From Herbinix sp. (GTDB taxonomy: Bacteria; Bacillota; Clostridia; Lachnospirales; Lachnospiraceae), in the NCBI GenBank assembly GCA_029256105.1, contig JAQSYO010000013.1, positions 16,023 to 80,022 of the forward strand: a DNA stretch of 64,000 nucleotides, in the 5' to 3' direction. The notes below the pieces were generated by a model that had not been told where the DNA came from, did not search any database, and was given only the letters and a program-made list of their open reading frames with translations. Of the stretch, positions 20,923 to 31,075 are shown one piece after another. Position 1 is the stretch's first letter; every line of letters starts with the position of its first letter. Made by a program: the position numbers and the translations under genes.

Positions 20923-21176
20923 ATATATTTATAATAAAATAATATCAGAAAAGGGCATTGCCCATAGCTTGGGAATAAAATAGAAATGATCTATTGATAT
21001 AAAATACAAAAGTGGTGGCAATAACAAAGATTAAACTCTATTCGTTCTGAAGTGTCAATCCGAAGCGGAAAGCTAAGGGTAAAAATGTAGAAATAAAGTT
21101 TCGCATAAGTAAAAAGTACGAGAGCAGCTTTTCGTACGGTATTTGAGATGTCGTATAACGACATCATGGAGGTAAA

Positions 21177-22307
21177 ATGAAAAAAGAGACCTTATATGAA
21201 AAGATTTATAATGATATTGTAGAGGGTATTCGGACAAACCTATATCCGCCGGGAAGCAGACTGCCATCTGAAAAAGAATTGTCCGATCAATATCAGGTCA
21301 GTCGTATAACCAGTAAAAAAGCGTTAGAAATGCTTGCTGAGCAGAATGTGATTTCAAGAATGCGCGGTAAGGGTTCTTATGTTATGAAAGCACAAGAGGG
21401 TGAAGAGTTTCAACGTATTATACAGAAAAATCAAAAAAATCAGGTAAAGACAATTGGAGTCATTATTGATGCATTTGGAGCAAGTTATGGTTATCAGTTA
21501 TTACTTGGAATTGAGCGAGAATGTAATAAACAGAAACTTAATTTTATATTGAAATGTACTTATGGAAGTAAGGAAGCGGAAATAGAAGCGATTAATGAAC
21601 TGCTGAGCATAGGCGTAGCGGGAATTATTATCATGTGTGTACATGATGAAACCTACAATGCGCAAGTGCTTAAACTGGCAGTAGAAAATTTCCCGATTGT
21701 ACTGATCGACAGACAATTAAAAGGAATACCCATTTCATATGTAGGTACAAACAATTATAGAGCGTCAAAAGAATTAACAGGATGGCTTTTTCAGCATGGA
21801 TTTAATAAAATATGCTTTGTAACGCATTCTTCCTTGCAGACTCCGACTATTTTAGAGCGCCAGAGCGGTTTTGTAGACTACCATCTGGAGCATAATATTA
21901 TAACGAATGAAGCAATGTGGATTACAAATCTTCGCTCTATGCTACCTTCCGTTGGGGCTGGTGAAGGTGTTAATGAAGAAGCAGATTTGCGACAAATTAA
22001 AGATTTTATTATAAAGAATCCCCAGACAACGGCCTTTTTTGCAGTGGAATATTCCATTGGACTGTTGGTGTACAAGACTCTTCAAAAACTGGGACTTGAA
22101 AATGAAAAGAAAGTAGTGTTTTTTGACGGTATCGATGATATTTACGATTCCCATCCTATTTTTACTGGGGTAAAGCAGGGAGAATATCAAATAGGAACGA
22201 ATAGCGTTGAATTAGTAGTGGAAAAAATGAACGGAAAAACCGGTGTTGAAACTAGACTAATTCCTTATGAGATTATCGAGGGTAGCGCAGAGAACTTAAA
22301 AAACTGA
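21177..22307 (+). CDS. GntR-HTH / LacI-type sugar-binding hybrid regulator (AraR architecture)
   Basis: LYEKI..LPSEKEL..VSRITSKKAL..GKGSYV, then periplasmic-binding-protein domain (FPIVLIDR, VGTNN). Confidence 0.9.
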   Translation: MKKETLYEKIYNDIVEGIRTNLYPPGSRLPSEKELSDQYQVSRITSKKALEMLAEQNVISRMRGKGSYVMKAQEGEEFQRIIQKNQKNQVKTIGVIIDAFGASYGYQLLLGIERECNKQKLNFILKCTYGSKEAEIEAINELLSIGVAGIIIMCVHDETYNAQVLKLAVENFPIVLIDRQLKGIPISYVGTNNYRASKELTGWLFQHGFNKICFVTHSSLQTPTILERQSGFVDYHLEHNIITNEAMWITNLRSMLPSVGAGEGVNEEADLRQIKDFIIKNPQTTAFFAVEYSIGLLVYKTLQKLGLENEKKVVFFDGIDDIYDSHPIFTGVKQGEYQIGTNSVELVVEKMNGKTGVETRLIPYEIIEGSAENLKN

Positions 22308-22368
22308 TATGCTTGAAGGGAATGTTAAGGTGTATCTTCTCCATAATAATAGGACGTATTCAATAATG

Positions 22369-22410
22369 TTTAGCACAATTAGGTAAATACAGTTGTGCTA
22401 AATTTTTTTT
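22369..22410 (+). terminator. Rho-independent terminator
   Basis: TTAGCACAATT...AGTTGTGCTAA followed by T run. Confidence 0.75.
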
Positions 22411-22521
22411 GTTCAATTAAAAAAAATAGGTGGAAACACTGAGAAACTCATTGAAGGTTGAGTAATGATATTCATTAAATGATATAAATGGTATAAATAA
22501 TATAATAAATATAGATTAGTG

Positions 22522-22550
22522 TTGACAAATGATATATGCGGTGATAATAT
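22522..22550 (+). promoter_or_regulatory. Putative sigma-A promoter of the ABC/mannosidase operon
   Basis: TTGACA-17 bp-TAATAT with TG extension. Confidence 0.6.
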
Positions 22551-22738
22551 ATGTTTATAATCAACAACAGAGAAGATGAAAAGCAATCATATGTAAACAT
22601 AATACATAATATAAGAATTGAGTCACCTACATAGTATGTGCAATATGTATGAATTACCCATAAATTCAAATGGTATGAATGATATATAGGATATAATTTG
22701 AGGAAGACGATAGTTCAACCGAATAGCTTATTTGTCTT

Positions 22739-23635
22739 ATGAAGGGAGATGGAGTTTTGAAAGTAAAAGGTCATGTAGTTGCAAAACAAAATACAATAGG
22801 AAGGATATTTGTTGCGCCTCCGGTAATTCTGTTTTTAGTATTTACCTTTTTTCCGATGCTAATGGCAATCGGTTTAAGCTTTACGGATTACGACATACTT
22901 AACCCGCCGAGTTTTGTTGGGTTAAAAAATTTCAAACATATAATCGAGGATCAATTTTTTTGGATATCATTAAAAAATACCTGTTACTATACCGTCTTAT
23001 ACGTGCCCGCTGGTCTCTTTTTATCGTTGGGTGCTGCATTGTTTTTGAATTCAGATAAAAGAATGGTTGGACTCTTTCGAACGTTATTTTATTTGCCGGT
23101 GCTTTCTTCTACAGTAGCAACAGCTACCTTATGGTTTTGGATTTTAAACCCACAATTAGGTCTACTGAACGGTATCTTAGGAATTTTTCATATCGACGGC
23201 CCAGCTTGGCTTTATGATTCAAAGCTTGCAATGATTGCGATTGTTATGATGAGCTTGTGGGCAGGTTTTGGTGGTAACATGATGATTTTCCTGTCTGGTT
23301 TAAAGGGTATTCCTCAGATATATTATGAAGCGGCAAAGGTAGAAGGAGCTGGCAGATGGCAGATGTTTCGACTGATTACCGTGCCTTCCCTTACAAAGAC
23401 AACATTTCTAGTTTCTACACTATTGATTATAGGTACCTTCCAGGTATTTGACCAAGCCTTCGTGTTAACGAAAGGTGGGCCAGGAAATGCAACCATAACC
23501 TTAGTATACTATATTTACAACAATGGTTTCAATAATTTAAAGATGGGATATGCTTCCAGTATTTCTCTTGTTTTATTTTTAATCATTTTAAGTATGACAA
23601 TTATTAACCAAAGAATTAATAAGGCGGAAATATAG
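22739..23635 (+). CDS. Carbohydrate ABC permease (MalF-type)
   Basis: FVGLKNF, EAAKVEGA EAA loop, TKGGPG; true start may be TTG 22757. Confidence 0.93.
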   Translation: MKGDGVLKVKGHVVAKQNTIGRIFVAPPVILFLVFTFFPMLMAIGLSFTDYDILNPPSFVGLKNFKHIIEDQFFWISLKNTCYYTVLYVPAGLFLSLGAALFLNSDKRMVGLFRTLFYLPVLSSTVATATLWFWILNPQLGLLNGILGIFHIDGPAWLYDSKLAMIAIVMMSLWAGFGGNMMIFLSGLKGIPQIYYEAAKVEGAGRWQMFRLITVPSLTKTTFLVSTLLIIGTFQVFDQAFVLTKGGPGNATITLVYYIYNNGFNNLKMGYASSISLVLFLIILSMTIINQRINKAEI

Positions 23636-23647
23636 GGGGTAAAATCT

Positions 23648-24514
23648 GTGAAAGTAAAGAATAAAGTCCATGATATTTTGTGGTACATAGGAGCGGTCTG
23701 CATTGCCTTGGTAACGGTCTATCCGTTGTTGTGGATGGTGGCTACATCCCTAAAGCCGGAAGGTGAGATCTATTCGAATTCCCTTTCCTTGTTATCGAAA
23801 AATTTTTCCTTAGCAAACTATTTTAAAGTTTTTGATACAATCCCATTTTTTAAATTTTTTATTAACTCCTTAATATTGGCTGTAACAGGAGTAATTACCA
23901 ATGTGTTTCTTGGAGCATTAGCAGGGTATTCCTTTGCTAAGTTGAAATTTAGAGGAAGAACAGTTTCTTTTTCACTCTTATTATCATCGATGATGATCCC
24001 TGGTATTGTAACAATGATTCCACAGTTCTTAGTATTAAAGTATTTCCCGTTTATAGGCGGAAACAATATATTCGGTCAGGGTGGAACCGGTTTTATCAAT
24101 CACTATTCTGCAATTCTTCTACCAGGTGCTGTGGGTGCCTTTGCGGTATTCTTTATGAAGCAGTTTTTTGAAACCTTGCCGGATGATTTGGCAGAAGCAG
24201 CAAGGGTTGATGGATGTAACGAGTTTCGAATTTTCTGGCAAATTTATTTACCATTGATTAAACCGGCAGCTGTTACGCTTGGTATCATGACCTTCCAAGC
24301 AGGATGGAATTCATTTTTATGGCCCATGATCGTACTTAACTCAAAGGAAATGATGACAATCCAAGTTGGGTTATCAACCTTCCAATATCAATATAATACG
24401 AGTTATGGACCACTTATGGCAGGAACTGTCATTGCAACCTTACCGACGTTATTACTTTTTGTATTTGCACAAAAATACTATATCCAAGGTATTGCTTTTA
24501 CCGGTAACAAATAA
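23648..24514 (+). CDS. Carbohydrate ABC permease (MalG-type)
   Basis: EAARVDGC EAA loop, WNSFLWP, QKYYIQG. Confidence 0.93.
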   Translation: MKVKNKVHDILWYIGAVCIALVTVYPLLWMVATSLKPEGEIYSNSLSLLSKNFSLANYFKVFDTIPFFKFFINSLILAVTGVITNVFLGALAGYSFAKLKFRGRTVSFSLLLSSMMIPGIVTMIPQFLVLKYFPFIGGNNIFGQGGTGFINHYSAILLPGAVGAFAVFFMKQFFETLPDDLAEAARVDGCNEFRIFWQIYLPLIKPAAVTLGIMTFQAGWNSFLWPMIVLNSKEMMTIQVGLSTFQYQYNTSYGPLMAGTVIATLPTLLLFVFAQKYYIQGIAFTGNK

Positions 24515-24594
24515 TTTTATTATAAAATTCGTGTGTTAAAAGAATAGATCAACTACGATTTGATTTTGACACCGAAAAATAAGGAGGAAGAGAT

Positions 24595-25950
24595 ATGAGA
24601 AAAGTAGCAAAAAACACGTACAAAAAAGCAGGGGCTTTATTACTCGCTATGATTATGGTAATTGCTTCCCTAGCTGGATGTTCAAACACGGACAAGACTA
24701 CGACAGATGCAGGTAACACAACAACGGATGCAGGAAGCACGACGGATGCTTCTGGCAGCAGTGATGCAGGCGACGGAAAAGTAACAGAAGTAACAATGTG
24801 GGGATCCTGGGGTGGAGATCAGGTTGGACAGCTAGAAGCACAGTTGAAAGCTTACAATGAATCCCAAGATAAAATTCATGTAACCTACACCGTACAAGAT
24901 AGTATGGAAGAAAAACTTTTAACAGCTATTGTTAGTAATCAAGCTCCCGACGTAGTGCTATGGGATCGCTTTAACACTAGTGTTTATGCTCCAAAGGGTG
25001 CCTTTACACAGTTGGATGATTTGGTAGCAAAAGACAGCTTAGATATATCAAAATTTTATCAGCCGGCAGTTGATGAACTTACCTACGATGGTAAACTATA
25101 CGGAATTCCGTTAACCGTAGATAGCCGAGTAATTTTCTATAACAAAGCTATGTTTGCAGAAGCACAAATTGACCCAGCTACGATTACTGATTGGGAAAGC
25201 CTTCGTCAAGCAGCAATTAAGTTGACAAAGAGAGATGGGGATAAGTTAGTACAGTCTGGTTTCTCCTTAAAGGATGTTGGTCTCTTTAATAACTGGATCC
25301 AACAGGCTGGTGGAAAAATGATAGATGATGGGGCAAGCCCTGCGAAAACCGCATACAATTCGCAAGCTGGATTGGATGTATTAGCATACTGGAAACAATT
25401 AATCAATGTAGATAAGGTTTATGAACTTGGATTTGAGGATGCCTTTGGTGGAGATGGTTTCAAGGCTGGTAAGGTCGCTATGACCTTTAACGGACCTTGG
25501 ACATTGCAAAGCTATAAGGATGCAGGACTTGATTTTGGAGTTATTGGACAGCCGGTGGGACCTACTGGTGCAAAATCAGCTATGATGGGTGGTTTCGGTT
25601 TGATTATCCCGAATAAAGCAAAAAATGTTGATGCTGCATGGGAATTTGTCAAATGGTGGACTACACAACCTGCTAACGGCGTAGAATTTGCAAAAATCAG
25701 TGGAAATCTTCCTGCAAATATTGATGCAGCAGCAGATCCATATTTTATGAATGATGAAGTGCTCAAGGTATTTTCTGATACGATGTTATATGCAAGTATT
25801 CGTTCCAAGGTTTCGGGATATTCCGATGTGGAAGGTTTAGCATTAATTCCTCAATTACAAAAATATGTAGCAGGTGAAATTACTGCGGAAGAAGCACTTG
25901 CGAATGCGCAATCACAAGGTGACAGTATCTTAACAGAAGCAGCACAATAA
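24595..25950 (+). CDS. Sugar ABC substrate-binding lipoprotein
   Basis: Lipobox LAGC, TTDAG repeat linker, DGKLYGIP, IFYNK, GKVAMTFNGPW. Confidence 0.92.
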   Translation: MRKVAKNTYKKAGALLLAMIMVIASLAGCSNTDKTTTDAGNTTTDAGSTTDASGSSDAGDGKVTEVTMWGSWGGDQVGQLEAQLKAYNESQDKIHVTYTVQDSMEEKLLTAIVSNQAPDVVLWDRFNTSVYAPKGAFTQLDDLVAKDSLDISKFYQPAVDELTYDGKLYGIPLTVDSRVIFYNKAMFAEAQIDPATITDWESLRQAAIKLTKRDGDKLVQSGFSLKDVGLFNNWIQQAGGKMIDDGASPAKTAYNSQAGLDVLAYWKQLINVDKVYELGFEDAFGGDGFKAGKVAMTFNGPWTLQSYKDAGLDFGVIGQPVGPTGAKSAMMGGFGLIIPNKAKNVDAAWEFVKWWTTQPANGVEFAKISGNLPANIDAAADPYFMNDEVLKVFSDTMLYASIRSKVSGYSDVEGLALIPQLQKYVAGEITAEEALANAQSQGDSILTEAAQ

Positions 25951-26198
25951 CTTAATTATAAAGTAATAGAATAAGAAATTAATTTATGATATGTTAATCT
26001 ATGACAATTGAGTTTGCTTAATAATCAGCTTAATAATTCAATTGTAGGTCAATTCAACTAGTTTTATCAAGGAGGATGATGTAAAATTCAAAAGGGTGGC
26101 AAATTATTCCATTAACCTTAACGGTAGAATAAAAAACTGTCCCCCATTGAATTTTACAGCATCCTCTTTACACTTTAGATAAATAGAAAGGTTTTAAG

Positions 26199-27221
26199 AT
26201 GAATAACTATATTTTAGATAATTGTGATAAGGCTCAGAATAGCTTGATCGAATATTTTTGGAATGAAAAGGAAGGTTTTTTTGCGAACCATTATCCGGAG
26301 AGTAAAACGGAGAATTGGGTTTATTGGTGGCACGCTCATACCATTGATAGTCTTTTGGATGGCTATAACCGCTCTAAGAACAACCTTTATATGGAGTATG
26401 TTCAAAAAGAATATAACGGAACCTTTGTAGCGAATGGGAATACCTTTTTGCATAATTGGTACGATGATATGGAATGGATGGCGTTGGCGTTACTTCGGCT
26501 TTGGGATACAACGAAAAATCCTATTTATCAAGAGCAGGTATTATTATTGTGGGAAGATATTAAAACAGCCTGGAATGATAATATGGGTGGAGGAATGTCC
26601 TGGAAAAAGGATCAATTGGATTATAAGAACACCCCAGCAAATGCACCGGCTGCGATATTAGCATTCCGACTTTACCAAAGATTACAGCGGGAAGATGATT
26701 TGGCATGGGGAGTAAAGATTCTAAACTGGAATATGGAGAACCTTACGGATCCGGTAACAGGAATCGTATGGGATGGAGTTAACCGTCTGGGTGATAAAAA
26801 AATTGATATAGAATGGAATTTTACCTATAATCAAGGTGTTGTAATAGGAGCATTGATTGAGCTTTATAAGATTAATCAGTCACAGGTGTGTTTGGAGCAA
26901 GCAGTGAAAATCGCTAGAGCGACGAAAAGGCAGTTCATTGATACCAACGGTGGGATTATACCTTACGAGGGGATTGATGATTGTGGCTTATTTAAAGGAA
27001 TATTAGTCAGATATCTTTATGACTTGATTGAACTATATCCTGGGTTGGATGATATTAAAGATATGATTTTAATAAATGCAGAATGTGTTATTGAAAAAGG
27101 AATGAATGAAAAAGGCTTAATTGGTGGTGATTGGAAGGAAAAAGAAAATGATTGCGTTGATTTGGCCCAGCATTTAAGCGGTATTATGTTGTTGGAAGTG
27201 GCAGCTAAACTCGTTAATTGA
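26199..27221 (+). CDS. GH76 alpha-1,6-mannanase, no signal peptide
   Basis: WYDDMEW catalytic Asp pair, GGGMSW, KNTPAN, TYNQG, FKGILVRY. Confidence 0.88.
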   Translation: MNNYILDNCDKAQNSLIEYFWNEKEGFFANHYPESKTENWVYWWHAHTIDSLLDGYNRSKNNLYMEYVQKEYNGTFVANGNTFLHNWYDDMEWMALALLRLWDTTKNPIYQEQVLLLWEDIKTAWNDNMGGGMSWKKDQLDYKNTPANAPAAILAFRLYQRLQREDDLAWGVKILNWNMENLTDPVTGIVWDGVNRLGDKKIDIEWNFTYNQGVVIGALIELYKINQSQVCLEQAVKIARATKRQFIDTNGGIIPYEGIDDCGLFKGILVRYLYDLIELYPGLDDIKDMILINAECVIEKGMNEKGLIGGDWKEKENDCVDLAQHLSGIMLLEVAAKLVN

Positions 27222-27257
27222 TAGTATTCCTAGCTAGGGAGTAAAGCAGCTACAAGA

Positions 27258-28469
27258 ATGGAGACAAGTATGAATAAACATAGGAATGCGCAACGTGGTA
27301 ACAAGAAAATAGTTATCTTATTAGGAAGCATTATTCTAATAACAATAATCGGAATTGGCGGTTGGATATTAACAAGGAATAAGGAAAATTCGGGGAGGAC
27401 ACAAGAGAACATGAGCGAGAATGCACAAATCAATACGTCCAAAGAGACGGAGAAAGAGAACGTAGAAACATTACCTTCCATACAAAAGGAACCTACCATT
27501 GCTATGGCTAAAAATTCTCTTGATAAATTTCTGGCAAGCTTTTATGTAGTAGAGGATAATGGTGGATATATAGTTGGGGAAGATTTTTGGCAGCAGGCTG
27601 AAATTTATGAGATTGTTATCGACGGCTATGAGCAGACAAGGGATGAGAAATACCTTGCTACAATTGATGAGATGTATCAAGGTTTTGTTACAAAGCACGG
27701 AGAGGACTGGTCGTATAATGAATTCAACGATGATATTATGTGGATGACAATTGCTTGTGCAAGAGCTTATGCGATTACAAAGGATACAAAGTATTTGGAA
27801 CAGGCAGAAAAGCACTTTAATCTTGTTTTTGACCGCGCTTGGAGTGATGATTTGGGTGGTGGTTTATTCTGGAAAACTGAAAACAAAACGAAGAATTCCT
27901 GTATCAATTGCCCAGCAGTGATAGCTGCATGTTTACTCGGAAATATTACAGGGGAAAAAGAATACATGGATAAGGCCTTGATGATTTACCAATGGGAAAA
28001 GGAAAATCTCTTTGGAACAACAGGAGCAGTCTTTGATGCATATGATTTGACAACAGGAGTCAATCAATGGAGTTCTACGTATAATCAAGGAACATTTATT
28101 GGAGCGGCTACAATGCTATATCAATATTCTGGGAATGAGGTATATTTAAAGGATGCGGTTTTAGCAGCTGATTATACGGTAAACACTATGTTTTCCGGCC
28201 AAGCAATGAATTCGGAAGGGGATGGTAATGATCTCCCTGGATTTAAAGGTATTTTAGCCAGATGGATGGGAAAATTTATAAGGGAGTGCAATCAGGATCA
28301 ATATATTGAATGGATGCAAAACAATGCAAGGGCAGTATGGAATAATCAAAATAGTAATGGAATTATGTGGACACTGTTCAACACAAAAAGTGAAGATACT
28401 TTCTATTCTGCCTGGGGGTGTTCTGCAGCAGTATCCATGTTGATTAATTGTCCTCGCGAGCTTGAATAG
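27258..28469 (+). CDS. GH76 alpha-1,6-mannanase with N-terminal membrane anchor
   Basis: Basic N-terminus + TM helix, FNDDIMW, GGGLFW, KNSCIN, TYNQG, FKGILARW. Confidence 0.88.
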   Translation: METSMNKHRNAQRGNKKIVILLGSIILITIIGIGGWILTRNKENSGRTQENMSENAQINTSKETEKENVETLPSIQKEPTIAMAKNSLDKFLASFYVVEDNGGYIVGEDFWQQAEIYEIVIDGYEQTRDEKYLATIDEMYQGFVTKHGEDWSYNEFNDDIMWMTIACARAYAITKDTKYLEQAEKHFNLVFDRAWSDDLGGGLFWKTENKTKNSCINCPAVIAACLLGNITGEKEYMDKALMIYQWEKENLFGTTGAVFDAYDLTTGVNQWSSTYNQGTFIGAATMLYQYSGNEVYLKDAVLAADYTVNTMFSGQAMNSEGDGNDLPGFKGILARWMGKFIRECNQDQYIEWMQNNARAVWNNQNSNGIMWTLFNTKSEDTFYSAWGCSAAVSMLINCPRELE

Positions 28470-28531
28470 ATAATATAGTAAGAATGATAAAAGATTTATA
28501 ATTGAAATATATAGGAAGAAAGGACATCATT

Positions 28532-31045
28532 TTGGATCAGATAATGAATAAAAAGAATAGAAAGAATGTACATATGGTTGCAAACGCACATCTTGATCCG
28601 GTCTGGCTATGGAGATGGCAGGAGGGCTGTTCCGAGGCGCTATCCACCTTTCGGACGGCTTCTGAGTTGACGGAGGAATTTCCGGGATTTGTTTTCAATC
28701 ATAATGAAGCCATTTTATATCAATGGGTAAAAGAAAATGATAAAAGATTATACGAAGACATTCGAAAGCTTGTAAAAGAAGGAAAATGGAATATCATGGG
28801 TGGCTGGTATCTTCAGCCTGACTGTAATATGCCTTCTGGTGAATCAATTATAAGAAATATTCAAGTAGGAAGAAGGTTTTTCCAACAGGAGTTCGATGTA
28901 TTACCAACGACTGCTATTAATTTTGATTCCTTTGGTCACTCAAAAGGACTGGTTCAAATATTAGAGAAGACAGGTTATTCTTCCTATGTCATATGTAGGC
29001 CGGCAGCAGATTGGTATGAATTTACTGATCAGGATTTTATTTGGGAAGGCTTTGCGGGTTCATCCCTTATTGTTCACCGATCGGATGAGAATTATAACTC
29101 TGTCTGGGGGCATGCGGCAGTGGAGCTTGAAAACTTTTTGAAAGTAAAGACGCAGGAGGAAGTTACATTATTTCTATGGGGAGTTGGAGATCACGGTGGC
29201 GGACCATCCAGAAAAGATCTTGCTGACCTGAAGCAAAAAATAGAGGAAAGCGGGGATTACCACATTTTACATTCCACACCCGAAGCTTATTTTGCTGAGT
29301 TAAAGGGAATAAATCCTGCCATGAATAAGGTTTCCTTAGGACTAAATCCAGTTGCTCCAGGATGTTATACATCACAGATTCGTGTGAAACAGAAACACCG
29401 TTTGTTCGAAAATGAACTCTATACCACGGAAAAAATGGCTGTTGCAGCAGAGATTCAATATGGCAGAGCTTATCCGAAAGAAATTATTGGGGAAGCAATA
29501 AAAGCATTATTATTCAGTGAATTCCATGATGCCTTGCCCGGCTCCGGGAGCCCGCAGGTAGAAGAAGATACGATAAGACTTTTAGATCATGGATTAGAGC
29601 TTCTATCCAAAGAAAAGCATTATGCTGGTCTTGCACTTGCAAGTACACAGGAAAGAGTGAAGGCAGGAAGCTCGACAATACTCTATTATAATCCACACCC
29701 TTATGACATTACCGGTGTATTCACCTGTGAAGTTGGCCTTCCGACACAAAATTGGTCCACTGACTTCTTCTACCCAGAGGTGGTATTTGAAGGAGTAAAA
29801 ATACCAACGCAGGCAGAAAAGGAGTGTAGTAACTTTTCCATCGATTGGAGAAAGAAAGTGGTAGTGCATGCAACCTTGAAGGCTTTTTCGATGAATCGCA
29901 TGGATGTGTATTTCCGGCCAATTGAGAAACGCCCTGTATTTGATGAAATAGTATCAAGACAAAAATATGTGTTTGATAATGGTAGAATGAAAGTTATCAT
30001 CAATACCTCCACAGGCCTCCTTGAGGAATATATGGTTGATGGAATATCCTACTTAACCAAAGGCAGTTTTAGCCTTGCCTCCTTTGACGATACCAATAGT
30101 CCCTGGGGGATTCAAACCAGTGAATCTTCTGTAAGAAGGAATTTTGGTCTTTTAATGCCTCATGAAGGTAGTGAATTTTGTGGACTTAAGAGTAAGGTAA
30201 TACCCTCAGTAAGAATCATTGAGGATGGAGCAGTAAGAACAACGATTGAAGCAGTATTTGGAATGCATAATTCAAAAGCCTATATTAGGTATCAGCTTCC
30301 CAAAATAGGAACTGAATTTGACGTAGATCTAGGAGTCTTGTTCACCGAGAAGGATCAGTATCTGAAGCTAATGCTCAACATACCTCAAATGGAGAATGAA
30401 TTCAGTGGCCAGATCATGTTTGCAAGAGAAGTATTGAAGCAGGGAGAAGAGACGGTTTCGCAAAAGTGGATAATGGTCCGTAATAAGGAGGATAAAAACG
30501 CAATTGCAATACTGAATAAAGGAACCTATGGTGCCAGCTATCAAGCAGGGGAATTAGGGATAACTTTATTACGTTCTGCAGGATATACTGCCGCTGATGC
30601 CACCATGGGGAAAGCTTTACAGGAAGAACAATGGGCACCGAGAATGGAGCAGGGGGAACGCTTTTATCAGTTCAGGATAACCGCAGGAGATGAAAAAGAG
30701 TTGAGTGATTGCATTGATCAGAGGGCTCAAGCATATAATGAAGAGCCCTATGGTATGGCATATTGCCCACCCGGATATAATGAAAGTTTGTTTTATAAAG
30801 AAAAAGGAAACTTTTTTACGATGGATAACCCGAAAGTAATACTATCTGCTTTAAAAAAGAGTGAAGACAAAGAGGGGTACATCGTCAGATTTTATGAAAG
30901 TGCGGGAGAACAAACAGAAGTTAATATATCATTATTTGATGATCAAATAAAAAAGAGAATAGCATTTAAGGCTCATGAAATTAAAACCTTTTACCTGTCT
31001 GTCATAGAAGGATATTTGGAAGAAACGACACTAATTGAGATGTGA
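28532..31045 (+). CDS. GH38 alpha-mannosidase
   Basis: NAHLDPVWLW, PDCNMPSGES, DSFGHS, GDHGGGP, FHDALPGS; start TTG 28532 or ATG 28544. Confidence 0.92.
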   Translation: MDQIMNKKNRKNVHMVANAHLDPVWLWRWQEGCSEALSTFRTASELTEEFPGFVFNHNEAILYQWVKENDKRLYEDIRKLVKEGKWNIMGGWYLQPDCNMPSGESIIRNIQVGRRFFQQEFDVLPTTAINFDSFGHSKGLVQILEKTGYSSYVICRPAADWYEFTDQDFIWEGFAGSSLIVHRSDENYNSVWGHAAVELENFLKVKTQEEVTLFLWGVGDHGGGPSRKDLADLKQKIEESGDYHILHSTPEAYFAELKGINPAMNKVSLGLNPVAPGCYTSQIRVKQKHRLFENELYTTEKMAVAAEIQYGRAYPKEIIGEAIKALLFSEFHDALPGSGSPQVEEDTIRLLDHGLELLSKEKHYAGLALASTQERVKAGSSTILYYNPHPYDITGVFTCEVGLPTQNWSTDFFYPEVVFEGVKIPTQAEKECSNFSIDWRKKVVVHATLKAFSMNRMDVYFRPIEKRPVFDEIVSRQKYVFDNGRMKVIINTSTGLLEEYMVDGISYLTKGSFSLASFDDTNSPWGIQTSESSVRRNFGLLMPHEGSEFCGLKSKVIPSVRIIEDGAVRTTIEAVFGMHNSKAYIRYQLPKIGTEFDVDLGVLFTEKDQYLKLMLNIPQMENEFSGQIMFAREVLKQGEETVSQKWIMVRNKEDKNAIAILNKGTYGASYQAGELGITLLRSAGYTAADATMGKALQEEQWAPRMEQGERFYQFRITAGDEKELSDCIDQRAQAYNEEPYGMAYCPPGYNESLFYKEKGNFFTMDNPKVILSALKKSEDKEGYIVRFYESAGEQTEVNISLFDDQIKKRIAFKAHEIKTFYLSVIEGYLEETTLIEM

Positions 31046-31075
31046 ATCGAGATGTGATAACAATAGACTGGAGAA

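Noticed and set aside
21040-21140. c-di-GMP-I riboswitch (GGAAAGCTAAGGGT resemblance)
   Set aside because: The GGCAAA..GAAA-tetraloop stem and receptor are not present
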